Shown one piece after another: positions 39,430 through 57,520 of a DNA stretch of 64,000 nucleotides. The notes under the pieces were generated by a model that did no database searches, was not told the DNA's origin, and saw only the letters and a list, made by a program, of their open reading frames with translations. Numbering within the stretch: position 1 is the first letter of the stretch; each line of letters opens with the position of its first letter. This DNA comes from the human T2T-CHM13v2.0 reference genome, Homo sapiens. Position numbers and translations under genes: made by a program. The stretch lies in the NCBI RefSeq assembly GCF_009914755.1, contig NC_060947.1; one strand, written 5' to 3'.

Positions 39430-40637
39430 TTGAATGTAAATTATTATAGCCATTATGGAGAAGAGTATGGAGTTCAATCCCATCACTGTGTATTTGTCCA
39501 AAAGAAAGGAAATTAGTATATAGAAAGGATATCTGCACTCTCATGTTTATTGCAACACTGTTTGCAATAGCCAAGATTTGGAATCAATCTGAGTATCCAT
39601 CAATGAATGAAAACATAAAGAAAATGTGGCATACATACACAACAGAATATTATTCAGCCATAAAAAATGAAAACCTGTCATTCACATCAACAAGGATGGA
39701 GCTGGAAGTCATCGTGTTAAGTGAAAAGAGTTACACCAGAAAGATAAATTTTACATGTTCTCACTCATATGTAGGAGCTAAAACTGTTTAAAAAATTAAA
39801 CTCATGGACATATAGAGTAAAATAATAGTTACCAGAGGCTGGGAAGGGTAGAGAACAATGTGGTGTAACGTGGGGATGGCTAATGGGTACAAAAAATACA
39901 TTTAGGTAGAATGAATAGTATCTAGTATTGGGTAGCACAATAGAGTGACTATAGTTAATAATATTTTATTGTCTGTTTCACAATAACTAACGAGTGGATG
40001 TGATGGTTAATACTGAGTGTCAACTTGATTGGATTGAAGAATACTAAGTATTGATCCTGGGCGTTTCTGTGAGGGTGTTGCCAAAGGAAGTTAACATTGA
40101 GTCAGTGGGCTGGGAAAGGCACTAGTAATCAGCTGCCAGAGCATCTAGAATATAAGCAGGAAGAAAAACATGAAAGGAGAGACTGGCCTAGCCTCCCAGC
40201 CTTCATCTTTCTCCTGTGCTGGATGCTTCCTGCCCTTGGATAGCAGACCCCAAGTTCCTCAGTTTTGGAAGTCAGACTGGCTCTCCTTGCTCCTCAGCCT
40301 GCAGATGGCCTATTGTGGGACCTTGTGATCACATGAGTTAATACTTAATAAACTCCCATATCTATGGGAATTCATATATATATATTCTAGTAGTTCTGTT
40401 CCTCTGGAGAACGCTGACAGGGTTCTTTGTGTTAGGAATGTTTGTGTTAGGAATGTTGAAATATTCCTAACACAAAGAAATAATAAATGGTTGAGGTGAG
40501 GGATACCATAATTATCCTGATTTGATCATTACACATTGTATGTTTGTGCCAAAAAAAATCCTATGTACTCCATATATATATATATATGCCTACTATGTAC
40601 CCATAATAATTAAAAATGAAAAATGAAAAAATAAAAA
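39430..40637 (+). mobile_element. L1MA 3' end interrupted by MLT2A
   Basis: ORF 39543 MFIATLFAIAKIWNQ resembles ORF2 C-terminus; L1MA 3'UTR and A-rich tail. Confidence 0.87.
39999..40418 (+). mobile_element. MLT2A (HERV-L) solo LTR
   Basis: tgtgatggttaatactgagtgtcaacttgattggattga...aataaactccc...gagaacgctgac. Confidence 0.88.
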
Positions 40638-40714
40638 TTTCCACCTGTGTGTTATAAACATTAGTGAAAGAAAATGCACATCTTTCCAAATATATGAGGA
40701 CATTTCCCTTCTTT

Positions 40715-41604
40715 TTAATTTTTAAATTTTTTTATTATACTTTAAGTTCTGGGATACAGGTGCAGAACGTGCAGGTTTGTTACATAGGTATACACATGCC
40801 ATGGTGGTTTGCTCCACCCATCAACGCATCACCTACATTAGGCATTTCTCCTAATGCTATCCCTCCCCTAGCCCCACACCACCCAACAGGCCCCAGTGTG
40901 TGATGTTCCCCTCCCTGTGTCCATGTGTTCTCATTGTTCAACTCCCACTTACAAGTGAAAACATGCACCGTTTGGTTTTCTGTTCCTGTGTTAGTCTGCT
41001 GAGAATGATGGTTTCCAGCTTCATCCATGTCCCTGCAAAGGAAATGAACTCATCCTTTTTTATGGCTGCATAGTATTCCATGGTGTATATGTGCCACATT
41101 TTCTTTATCCAGTCTATCATTGATGGGCATTTGGGTTGGTTCCAATTCTTTGCTATTGTGAATAGTGCTGCAATAAACAAACACATGCATGTGTCTTTAT
41201 AGCTGAATGATTTATAATCCTTTGAGTATCTACCCAGTAATGGTATATACCCAGTAATACACCCAGTAATTGCTGGGTCAAACGGTATTTCTGGTTCTAG
41301 ACCTTTGAGGGATCTCCACACTGTCTCCCACAATGATTGAACTAGTTTATACTCTGACCAACAGTGTAAAAACATTCCTATTTCTCCACATCCTCTCCAG
41401 CATCTGTTGTTTCCTGACTTTTTAACGATCACCATTCTAACTGGCATGAGATGGTATCTCATTGTGGTTTTGATTTGCATTTCTCTAAAGACCAGTGATG
41501 ATGAGCTTTTTTTCATGTTTGTTGGCCACATAAATGTCTTCTTTTGACAAGTGTCTGTTCATATCCTTTGCCCACTTTTTGATGGGATTGTTTGTTTTAA
41601 AAGT
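40715..41604 (-). mobile_element. 5'-truncated L1PA (about PA7-8), ~890 bp
   Basis: ORF2 C-terminal zinc knuckle CWRGCGEIG...HCW; perfect 17-bp TSD GGACATTTCCCTTCTTT (40698 / 41605). Confidence 0.95.
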
Positions 41605-41726
41605 GGACATTTCCCTTCTTTAAGCCTTCTAAGAATCTTCCAGATTCTGATGTTACACATTGGATCTCATTTTTTACTTCAGTCCTCACTACTGAGTTCA
41701 TTGTGAAAATGTATACTTTTTTGCCT

Positions 41727-42066
41727 CTTATGGGTAGGCTTTGTGTCCCCACCCAAATTTTATCTTGAATCATAATCCCCATCATCCCCACGTGTCCAGG
41801 GAGAGACCAGGTGGGAGGTGATTGGATCATGGGGGTGGTGTTCCCCATGCTGTTCTCATGATAGTGAGTGAGTTCTCATGAAATCTAATGGTTTTATAAG
41901 TGTCTGACAGTTCCTCCTCTCACCCATGCTCTCCCTCGCCTGCCACCATGTAAGATGTGTTTATTCCCCTTCCGCTATGGTTGTGAGTTTCCTGAGGCCT
42001 CCCCAGCCATGTGGAACTGTGAATCCGTTTAATACTTCTTTTCTTTAGAAATTACCCAGTCTCGGT
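41727..42066 (+). mobile_element. THE1D/MSTA-like LTR, 3' end clipped
   Basis: tgtgtccccacccaaat...cctgaggcctccccagccatgtggaactgtga...aattacccagtctc. Confidence 0.87.
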
Positions 42067-42861
42067 CATTGCAAAGAAATGAGCAAGAAACCATGGCAGG
42101 CATATGCCCAATGGTACAGGCAAAACCAATATGGCAGGCAAAAAAGTAGAGACACAGGAAAGAAAGTTGCACAACGTACTCTAGTTATTGATGCTACGAT
42201 GGAAGGATGCATATGACTTGGCCCCTCGGGGTGGAACACAGGCTCGGGGTGCATTTTCTCCCTTATCATTCTGAGCTCCATTGTCCTTGGTGAATAATAA
42301 CAGAAGACATTCCAGTGACAGCCGCTTTAAGGCTCAATCCACACAATGCCCTGAGAGAGGCCATCTATATAAGTGAATAAAATGAAAGTTGTATTTGAAG
42401 CTTTTATTATTAAAGTTTCTGTAACTACAATACCACACTGGTACATCTAATATCCTATAGTTCTGAAATTAGATCCACACTTATTCCCCCATAGGGCTGT
42501 TTATTATTCTGACACAGTTAATATAAACAAGTCTATATTAAATCTGTCATCATGTTTAACTTCTTAATGCTTCCTGATGTGCTCTGTATTCAGGCACTTA
42601 GCTTTCCACATACTGAAATTATTTACAAGGTTGAGAGTTTTGTGTGTGTTACTTGTATAATTGTGTATATGTGTGTTTGTGTTACGTGAGACTAGTTTTC
42701 TTGCATGTTCTATACTTTGATTTAGAAAACAGAGTGAAACTTACATTCAGGGGAACCAAATGTTGTCAAATTGATATTTGCGTAAGTTCCTAGCTTTAAT
42801 TTAAAGTGTATGTAGTAGTGATAAAGAAAATAATAAACCGACTGAACATTAACATAGATTT

Positions 42862-43140
42862 CTTTAATTTTTAATCACTTAATTTTTATGTGTACATAAG
42901 AGGTGTATATATTGATGGGGTAAATATGACTTTTTGATACAGGCATACAACGTGTAATAAACAGACCAGGGTAATTGCGGTATCCCTCACCTCAAGCATT
43001 TATCATTTCTTTGTTTTAGAAACATTCCAGTTTCACTCTTTTAGTTATTTTTAAATATATAATGAATAGGTGCAAAAATGGAGTTAAAATAAATTAATAA
43101 GATCTATTATTTGATCACACAATAGGGTGACTACAGTTAA
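42862..43140 (-). mobile_element. Short L1MA 3' end with inverted 5' segment (43068-43140)
   Basis: Two opposite-strand pieces that are adjacent in the L1MA 3'UTR. Confidence 0.8.
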
Positions 43141-45624
43141 CACAGCTTTTTCTGTGATTGGGTGGATGAATAGCATATCATCTGTATTTATAGTAATATG
43201 TATAATTATGTAATATATAAAATGATGGAATTCTAAAAAACACATTATTTCCACTATATGTCCTACATTTGGAAAATGTGTCCCTGTTGTCTCCAATGCC
43301 TCTTGCTGCAGGGCAATAAAGAGGTACTTTTTCTTTTCCCCATCTGGGGTTTATCACAGAAGTCAAGGGAGTTCGTTTTGTTACACATTCTTAAAAGCAT
43401 CCGGGAAAAAGTGGATTAATACGCACCACAGGGAAGTGCTCTTGTCTGTTCCGCACAAAGGAAAATATCCTGAAAATGTGCATCATACAGGCAAAAGAGT
43501 TCCCAATTCAGCTGGAACTTCAGTGACATAAAACAATAATAGACAAATTAAAAAGCAAATTCAAGTTTTTCTGACGGAGCCCGTGGTGCTAATACCATTT
43601 ATTCTGACCCTGTATGAATTTTCTGCCATTGGAGTGAAATTACCAGAATTCAATTTGCAAGCGAACAAAAGAAAAGGAAAAAAATTTAATTTACTTTATG
43701 TAGCAGCAAAATGATTGCATCATAGGCAATGTTCAAGATTTGTCTTCAAAAAGATGGGAAAATAATCTTGTAATATATCTCCCTATATGGGTTAGAAAGA
43801 TTCAAGTGAGCACCTAATAAAAAAGCATCTTATTCATGCTTACGTTTGCAACGCTTCACTAGCAGCTTTAAAGACAAATCCAGTACATTCTCTTCTCCAG
43901 TAATGGTTACACATATTACATTCTTTCTTTAAATGGAACTTCTTTAATATCATACATAACTTCAAGGCATCCCTCTTTTTCACATGTGGAAGCACCTGAA
44001 TTATCTTTATTAATTGCCTGATAAAGCCTTGCTTTATCAATTGACTTAAAATGATTGTATAGTATGTATCAACTTAATGTCTAAATGTCATGAGGACACT
44101 ATTTGAAATAAATTCACTTAATCAGATATATACATATATAGAGTGTGACTTTTAAATGTCAGCACAACAGAAATATGAATATAAACTCTTATGAGCAAGT
44201 AATAGATACAATTCACTTATTGCCATATATATTTATTATATAAAATATGATGTGTTCTCAATTCAAAAAATGGCAAATGCACATAAAACAATCTTGGAAA
44301 CTAAATTTTGCAACTGGTTCAAATCGATTTAGGTTACTGTTACAAAATTCCATGCAAGAGAGATTAAGGGATTTTTCTTGTAAAGTATAAAAGGAGAAAT
44401 GAAAGTCTGAACGATTTCAGGGAAAAAGAATTAAACCTTCATACAAAGAAATGATTCTGAACAGAACATAAATGGAATACACCAGTTTAGATCTTTTCAA
44501 GTAGCATAAATATCTCAAGAAGAGCTCAACCTTTTACTGAGAATTAATAAGACCCTAGAAGGGAAAAGTCTCTGCATGGTTTTCATAAACTCCATCCTAT
44601 CACTCACCTGCCATAGATAGTTTCACTAAAGTAATTGAAAACAAAACAGGAAAGAGGAGCCGGGGGAACCTTCTTTCTTTATACCTATGCATTTAAGGTG
44701 AAGATTTCCAATTTAAACGCACGGACAGGCAAAGTCTTGTCAGTTCAGATAATTGCTGATTTTTGCCCCAAGTTTTAGGGAAAAAAAAGTTAGAAACAGA
44801 AGCCACAGTTATATTATTAATGGGATGTATGTGTTTGGATTTATATTTTTGAGACGAACAGAAGGCATCTCCAGAGCTCATTCCTAGAGGAATAAAGCAG
44901 AAAAATAAGCTACGCTCTTTCTCCTTCACATTTCCCTTTTCGGTTTAACACTTATTTTGTCTTCACAGAAATGGTACAATGGGATTAACAAAAAGCAATA
45001 GATATGGCTGCTGATGCTCAGATGGATTTTTTGTTCAAAGAAAAAAATCATAAAACTTATGATGAAAAATAGAACAGGGTTCATTTTGAACCTTTCTTTT
45101 TCCCTAGATATCTTATTATTGAGTAGATCCACCCTTCCACGTCTTTTGAATATTTGGGAATTTTGAATATAGTTGTATTATTGAACTTATTTAATGAGCT
45201 TGTGGAGTCACAGAACTTTTTGAGTGTTGTTCTCTGAGATCTACTGGACTTCCTTTCTGTAAAATTAAGTTTCTGAAATGATAGTGCTATAAAATTCTGA
45301 TTTTGGAAAACGGCAATGTGAAGTCAAGAAGGTATGAGATTAAAAGATTCTATAAATTTAGTAACAGAGGTTCCTGGACCTAATCCTAATAAACTATTTC
45401 AAATAAATATGGGCAGAACCCATACAAGCGTAGCCTTAATACCTTGATAAACCTCCGGAAAAAAATATGCACCAACAGTTACCTAAGTCCACATGTTTCT
45501 CTAGAGCATAAATTCTAGAAACATTTATACTTTAAGCATTACAAATGCAACTGTCAGATCACTGACAGTATTTTTAGGTAATAGCCCTTACCCTCAGGCC
45601 ACTTAACCTAATGAAGTATTTTTA

Positions 45625-49601
<3,977 letters not shown>

Positions 49602-52600
49602 TAGAAAGACGCACTTTCCCCACTCCTCCCCAGCACATAAAAAATCTACAAAATAGTATATTCTAACTCTGTCATGTTTGATTTCTGGACCACTGGGTTG
49701 TCTGCTTCTCAGATGAGGCCCTCACTAACCCTTTTTCCTTGGTCAGGCTAGCGAAGTGTTCACTCTTGTTTTTTTGTTTTGGTTTGTTTTCAATCATCCA
49801 ACATCTTCAATGTTTCTCTGTATTGTTTTACAACTCTCTATTTTTTCTTTCTCCACTCTATTCTTCAGAATTTCTTTCTGAAGAATATTTTTTACTAGGC
49901 ATATCATTCTAGGTAGACAAGCATTTTCTTTTCCTTTAGAGATATAATTTCATTTCTACAATAATTAGGATGAAATGGTCAAGATTTTATGTGACATATT
50001 GGAGGATGCAAAGCTCTGAGGAAACAACGCTAATGAAGACATAGTACTTAAGATGTGCAGAAAGGAAGAGTTTTCCAAAACTTGTCTTAAGTGTCATTTC
50101 CATGAACATGACATCCCAGAACATGTCACCATGAGACAGGGAAAAGGAAGATTACCTAAAAGAAACTTAGCAGGTTTTAGACAATAGCAGAAGAAACTCA
50201 TTATAGATAAGGCAAAAACACCATCTGCTTCCTTGGCTGCAAATGATTTAGAGAAGGTAACCAATCCCTTAATCAGTTGTAAAAAGGAGGGGATTTTTTA
50301 AATAAAAAATGTAATGTCTAGTCTATCATTTAGATTTCTGTGTGTGTGTAAAGCTGCGCTCAAATTGGCTGTATAATAATATCAGTGTTCTTTAAACATC
50401 TTTAATAAGTTATAATTAGCAAACCTTATGATTCACCCATTTTAAGTATATATTTCCCGAAGTTTTAGGAAATTTACAGAACTGTAAGTTTACTAGAGTA
50501 CTACTCCTTTTTGTAGCTATGATAAAGTACTTAGGAAAATATGTATCTTCCAGATTTTTCATTAGTAGGTCTCTATAGAGGGCAGATTTCCTGCACTGTT
50601 ATAGAAATGATGTTGATATTCAAGATGGATAAGCCAATTAACCAGCATCAGAATAATAACTCTGTGTGTGTGTGTATACATATGTGTCTCCAAGGAGCAG
50701 ACCAAAACATAAAATGGATAAATTATAAAATAAAGCAGGACAGCAGACACTTCTTTGGGCTCACAGCTTTTCCCTCGTGTAATCCTCAAAGCCATTCCTT
50801 GAGGTAGGAATTGTATCTCATCCTCTCTATGTTCCACTGATAACAAGTATGGAAAGTCAGCTTCCGTGATTCCTAAGCTCATGAACAAAAGGTTTAATAA
50901 AATGAGTGCCTGACCAGTTTTGGTTTGTATAATTACATAAGTGTGTAGTGAAGCAACAACAACAACAACAAAACCTTTTCCCTAATTATGTTTGCATCCA
51001 GTTACTATAAATCAAGGGCAATGTCAGATTAGCATTCACTTGAGACTGATGTTTCCCTTCTGTTCTCTCTAAACACATGAGTTCAAAACATTTTATCTTG
51101 TCTGAATCAGAGTTGCTATGTGTTCATAAAAAATGCTGTATTATTAATATTTTTAAGATCCATTGAAAATAATGTTTGCATGAGTATTCATGATATTTCA
51201 AAATTTCATGATGCTTTAAAATTCAGATGCTTTCTTAAAATTAATGTTCAAATAATGTATCATGGAAGAATTACAGAATGCAACAAACATCTATGAATTA
51301 AACAACGTTTCTCCTACTTGCAAGTTTTGCTTTCAAAATAGGTCAGGTGTGAGATTTGAAATTTTGAGAAACTATTGATGTAAGGATGACTCTCTGTTGA
51401 ATTAAAACATGCTGTGCTATGGCACTCATGCAGGCTGCATGGAAAATATGCAAATGGAATAAATGAGGGAATGGGAGAAAGCAATAATGAGACAATATTG
51501 CTTTTCTGCTTTATTGAACTGGGAAAAACGTTCACAAAATACAAGGAGTATGGCACTTCATATGCACCAATAATGAATATGTGAAATGTTTCCAGTGGTT
51601 GTCTTCCCTGCAACTACAAGAATCAGGGATATTGATATTTATGAATTGATAGATTAAGACGCTAAACATGTTCACCTCCAAAAGTGCATAAAAATGTCCC
51701 TCTATTGTGTGCATGTTATGCCGTTATTGGGAAAAGTCGCTAGGCACACAAGTGGGGAGAGGTATCACATGGGTTGGACAGTTTAGCCAAAGGATTCAGC
51801 CAAATTGTCTTAAGGTGTCTTGCTAACTTCTTTACTGCAAGCTGAAGCTATTGATGGTCTCCTTTCAATAGACTGGGTTAGTCCTACTCTACTAAAGACA
51901 AGTGTAATAATGGACCTGGTTGGTTTCCTTGGTAACAAAGAATCATGCAAAAGGGGTTAGGGTTGACAGATCATCATGACATTTTCATGAAGCTAAGGTC
52001 AATACCTGCATGGATTTATGGAACCAGAAGATTCCCATTTTAAGTGTAGCTCTGGTCAAAAAGAGAAATGCCACGGCCAGCCAGTGACCTCCTTGGAAAC
52101 TCATAGCATCATTTACTAGAAACATTTGAGCATCCCAAGAAAGAAGCCTTGCCTTAATATGCAATAGATAAAGAAATGAAGGACCATGTACAGGTACTTC
52201 TGTGATAGTTGAACCCCTTTCAGTTCCCCCTTGCTCTGTGCATATAGAATATAAAATTCTTTATGAATGCAACTCTTGATAGAATCCAGGGCTGGGGATC
52301 AGCTTGGAAAATGAAGTTGCAGAATTGTTTAGCATTACTCAACCTCAAGTTTGTTTAAATTGAACAAACTATGTTTAAACTCAGCCTAATCTAAATCTAT
52401 TAAATCTAGAGGAAAGAGTTAGTAGATTTCTGCTCAAAAATCACCTACATTTTTGAATTTACCTAAACGCATGAATATTCCTGCTTCCTCTAGTTCCAGG
52501 GAAGACATCACTTGAAATATTTTAAGTATTCATTATTGGTGCATGCCACTTAAAATGAATTCATTATCCACCTACAATATCAGAATTAATTGTCATGATT

Positions 52601-54093
52601 ATCCTTAATTCTTAGTAACACATTATATAGATATATTAGTATTGAAGATTTAATGGTATAGTAAAACTCCATGACATGATTTTAAAACTACATCCTAATG
52701 AAATCTCATTTTAATAAATACTTGATTTTAAAAATCATATTCATATTCAGTATAAATATTGATATCAAAAATTCAAAGGTATTGAAATACCTTTTGAGCA
52801 GCCAAAGGATCATTTTAACTAATTTTTTAAAGATTTTTTTCCCCACAGAATGTTTAAAAGCACCTAGTCCTAACTACAGTTCTACTTTTAACACATTAAA
52901 AAGCACATGATGACCTTCAAAGAAGCTATTTGTGGTAGTATCAAAAGTGTGATATGGAGTACAAAATTAAAATGTGAGATGTGAAAATATTGAGTAATTT
53001 ATCTCCCATGATCCATCACTCGGAGGCATTAGGCTTCTTAATCACAGTTTTAAATTAGTATCTTTATGTAAGCAAGTCTGCCCATGAGGAAGGGGAAAAT
53101 TAGGAACATATAAGAAATTCATTACCTCTCTCAGATAGCTCAAAACCATTTATTAATTACCTCTCATTTGGTGCATTCATTAGCTTCATCGTAGAGTGGG
53201 AAAGTTAATGAAAGTAAAAATCATGAAAAATCACTACCGTGACCCCTACAGGGAGTGCCCACTCTATCCCAAATTGAGGTGTTTAGCTAAGAAGGTCAGA
53301 GCCAGGTTTATGTACAAAAGCCAAAGAAGATGAAAATCAACTTTGGCTCTAAATATTTCATTCCCACGAGCTACTTCCACCGAGGACAAAAGACAAGTGA
53401 GATTCATTTTCCTACTCCCCAAATTTGGCACAGTAAACCTCAGTTGAGTTCAATAAGCCCTTACTGAGAATCTAATAGCTACTAAGGCAGTATGTCTCAA
53501 ACTGTAAGGTATATATGAATCCCCTAAGTATCTTGATTCAAAACAAGGGCGGCTTCAAAAGATCTTTTACGATGGGGAATAACAGGGAAATACATTCATA
53601 TCCATTACTACCCTCTACTTAGGGCATAGATTATCTCAGATGTCTTTTGGGGAACGAAAAAAAAAAAAAACCACAAATCTTTGTACTGAGTCATCCTAGA
53701 TGAGCTATTTCCAGTTCACAAACATCTGTTTTTTGATACTTTGCTTAGGTTTTGTGTTTTACCCTAGTGTATCCACAGAGACATCCTAAGCCTTGGGTGC
53801 CTTTTGGATTGATTACCTATAGGTTTAATATAAATCTGAGCAAACTATTTTCTATTCAAGTTATTCTATGCAATTACAGAGACTGAGTTTATTATGTGCA
53901 TGGCTAAATTTAACCACCCTTCAAAATATGACATTTTGCAGTTTTGTGTGTCTTCTTAAGATGGTTCTACAAACCCGAACTTAAAACAAACTGTTTAACA
54001 AACGCCATTTTTTTTTTATAAAATCAGTGAAACATGGATGGAAGCAGTGTTAGATGATGTTATTAAGGAACTAAGGTGAATTTTATTAAATGT

Positions 54094-54526
54094 TGTGTCA
54101 GTTTTTTAGGGAATGTCGTACAAATTTCCACAAAGTGGGGAGCTTAAAGCCACAGAAATTTATGCTCTCATAGTTCTGGAGGCCAGGGTGTGAAATCAAG
54201 GTGTGAGCAAGGTTGATTCCTTGTGGAGGCACAGAGGGAGACTTGGTCTCCTGCCTCTCTGGGAGGTACTGGTGGCTGGGTGTTTTTTTTCTTGTGGCCA
54301 CATCACTCTAATCTCTGCCTTCGCCTCCATGTGGCCTTCTCTTCTGTGCCTGTATCTTCTCCTCTGTGTCTTATAAGGATACATATCATTAGATTTGGGA
54401 CCCTTCTAGATAATCCAGCATGATCTCATCTTCAGATCCTTAACTTCCATCTTTGAAGGTCTTTTCCTAAATAGTCGTAGATTCCAAGTGAACATATCTT
54501 TGGTGGACACTATCGAACTCACTACA
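54094..54526 (-). mobile_element. MLT1C-like MaLR solo LTR
   Basis: cagaaatttatgctctcatagttctggaggccag...ggacactatcgaactcactaca. Confidence 0.85.
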
Positions 54527-54807
54527 GGTGTGATAGTAGCATTGAGTTTATTTGTAAAATTCATATCTGTAAGAGATGAGTGTTGAAAGGATTACAGATG
54601 AGAAGGTATAGTCTCTGGAACTGGCTGTAAAAGACACAAATAAAACAGAAACAGAGGTATAAAGGGGAAAAAAGTTTGGGAAGTCTTTATTATGAGACCC
54701 CCATAACAGGTCTATGGAGTTTCCCTCCTTCTTTTTTCTTTTTGTATGTGCTTGGGTGTATTTATAAGAAAACAGTCTATATAAAAATATTTTAAAAAGC
54801 AATGATC

Positions 54808-55400
54808 TTCTATTGTGTATATATACAACATTTCCTTTATCTACTCATTCGTTGATGAATGCAGGTTGATTCCATATCTTTACCATTGTGAATAATGCTA
54901 TTATTCAGCCTTAAAGAAGGAATCCTGTCATTGGCAACAACATGGATAAACCTGGAGGACATTCTGTTAAGTGAAATAAGCCAGACAAAGAAAGACAAAT
55001 ACTGCATGAACTTACTTATATGTGGGGGCTAAAAAAGTTGAATGCATAGAAGTAGAGAGTAGAATGGTCGTTGCCAGGGGCTGGGAGAGGGAGTGGACTG
55101 GGAGAGGAGGACATGTTGCTCAAAGGATACAAAGTTTAAGTTACACAGGAGGAATAACTTTTGGTGATCTACTGCACAGTATGGTGACTATGGTTAATAA
55201 TAATGCATTGTATATTTCAGAATTGCTAAAAGAGATTATAAACATTCTTACCACCAAGAAATAAGTATATAAAGTGACAGAAATGCTAATTGTCTTGATT
55301 CAATCATTCCAAAGTGTGTGCATATATCAACATATATCATAACATCACATTGCACCCCATAAATATATAGAATTTGTTTTTACCAATTAAAAATAAAGCA
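54808..55400 (+). mobile_element. L1MA 3' end with inverted 5' segment (54808-54899)
   Basis: Antisense piece followed by sense piece, contiguous in the consensus. Confidence 0.83.
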
Positions 55401-55518
55401 AAATAATATAAGATTTTAAAAACACATACAACTACATTAATTGTTACCAGGGTCGGCCATTTGAAAATAAAACAAGATCTAAGTGGAATGATTTTTTTTA
55501 TTCCTATGTGACAATATA

Positions 55519-55522
<4 letters not shown>

Positions 55523-55571
<49 letters not shown>
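55523..55571. repeat. (CA)n
   Basis: Directly visible. Confidence 0.97.
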
Positions 55572-55573
<2 letters not shown>

Positions 55574-55577
55574 AAGA

Positions 55578-55780
55578 CAGTGTCTGGATGGAGGGGTAAT
55601 GAGGAGTGACTGCTTAATAGGAATGGTGTTGCTTTGGGGATAATGAAAAATTTTTCAGATCTGTATGGACATGAGGGTTACAAGATATTGTTCATGTACT
55701 AAAGGCCACTGAACTGTACACTAGAAAACAGCTAATAATTAATTTTCGTGTTATGTGAAGTTTACCTTACTAAGAAAAAA
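55578..55780 (+). mobile_element. L1MB/L1MC 3'UTR fragment
   Basis: ggagtgactgcttaatagg...tgtactaaaggccactgaactgtacact. Confidence 0.7.
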
Positions 55781-56052
55781 ATCTGTACATTCTAGTACAT
55801 AAAATAGAATCATGTATTTAATTTTCCTAATAGTCTACCCTGAACTTGTCTGCATTTATTTCATTTCTATTGCAGGAGTCTCTTTAACGGCATTTTCAGA
55901 AGGTCTCACACATACTTGCTTTGTCAACTGAGATACATTAAAAGGATAGCATGATCAGTATTTCATGAAACCTGCAATCTATGCAGTTCTTTCCCACCTC
56001 CTCCTAGTGACCAGCCACTGACATTGCCAAGGTCCGGGCCCACCTGCAACTT

Positions 56053-56822
56053 AAAAAAATTTTTTTTAAAATTATAATTGTTGTGGGTACATAGTAGGTG
56101 TATATATTTATGGGGTGCACAAGATGTTTTCATACAGGCATGCAATGTGAAATAAGCACATCATGAAGATTGAGGTATCCATCCACTCAAGCATTAACCC
56201 ACTGAGTTGCAACAGTCCAATTACACACTTTTTTAAAAAGTTATTTTTAAATGTACAATTATTATTGACTATAGTCACCCTGTTCTCTGTTGTGCTATCA
56301 AATAGTAAGTCTTATTCATTCTTTCTAACTATTTCTGTACCCATTAACCATCCCACCTCCACACTCCACAGCCCCCCACTACCTTTCCCAGCCTCTGGTA
56401 ATCATTTTTCTACTGTCTACATCCATGAGTTCAATTGTTTTGATTTGTAGATTCCACAAAAAAGTGAGAACATGGCAATGCTTGTCTTTGTGTGTCTGGC
56501 TTATTTCACTTAGCATAATGATCTCCAGTTCCACCCATGTTGTTGCAAATGACAAGATCTCATTCTTTTTATGGCTGAATAGCACTCCATTTTGTATATG
56601 TACCACATTTTCTTTATCCATTCATCTGCTGGCAGGCACTTATGTTGCTTCCAAATGTTAGCTTCCTCAGAACATTTTTAGTTTTTTGAGGAACTTCTAA
56701 TGTGCTCATGTAGTAACTTACATTCCCACCAACAGGATACAAGGGTTCCCTTTTCTCCACATCCTTGCCAGCATTTGTTATTGCTTGTCTTTTAGATATA
56801 AGCCATTTTAACTGGGTTGGGA
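56053..56822 (-). mobile_element. 5'-truncated L1MA (young MA type)
   Basis: Perfect 12-bp TSD CACCTGCAACTT (56041 / 56823); L1MA 3'UTR. Confidence 0.92.
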
Positions 56823-57141
56823 CACCTGCAACTTTTGATTAGGCAAACAATGTGATGGAAGTCATTAGAGAAAGCTTCTTTAAAATCAGGTGTTCTTTCT
56901 CCTGCAGGGCCGTACCCAGGATTGTATAACCATAGGCAAGTTAGTTCACACCTCATTGACAAGAGGATGAAAATGGAACCTTCTTAGAAAATAATAAAAA
57001 GCTAAATACTATTGGGTTTTGCTTACACCAACCAGTTAGCCTGCTGGCAGATGGGTAGAAGAACAGAAACCCAGGATAAAAAAAGGCAGATATAATTGTC
57101 ACTTGGGTCATGTGACCAGCTTCAGAGCTGCAGTCTGTACC

Positions 57142-57520
57142 TGTCTTAGTTTGTTCAAGCTATTATTGAAAAAACACAAAAAAACATAGACTGGGTAGAT
57201 TATAAACAGCAGACGTTTATTGCTCAGAGCTCTGAAGGCTGGAAGTCTAAGATCAAGTAATAGAAGATTCAGTGTCTGGTGAGAACCGGCTTCCTGGTTC
57301 ATAGACAGTGCTTTCTCGCTGTGTCCTCACATGGTGGAAGGGGCCAGGGAGCTCTCTGGGGTCCCTTTGATAAGGACACTAATCCCATTCATGAGACTCC
57401 ACCCTCATGATGTCATTGCCTTCCATGGGGCCATGACTTCAAGGCCCTACCTCCTAAGACCATCACCATGGGGGCGGCCATTTTAACATGTGCGTTTTGG
57501 TGGACACAGACATTCTGTCT
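57142..57520 (-). mobile_element. MLT1A/MSTD-like LTR
   Basis: tgtcttagtttgttc...cactaatcccattcatgag...ggacacagacattc. Confidence 0.82.

Noticed and set aside
52348-52370. Small hairpin agtttgttta-aat-tgaacaaact
   Set aside because: A 10-bp imperfect AT-rich stem is at chance level.
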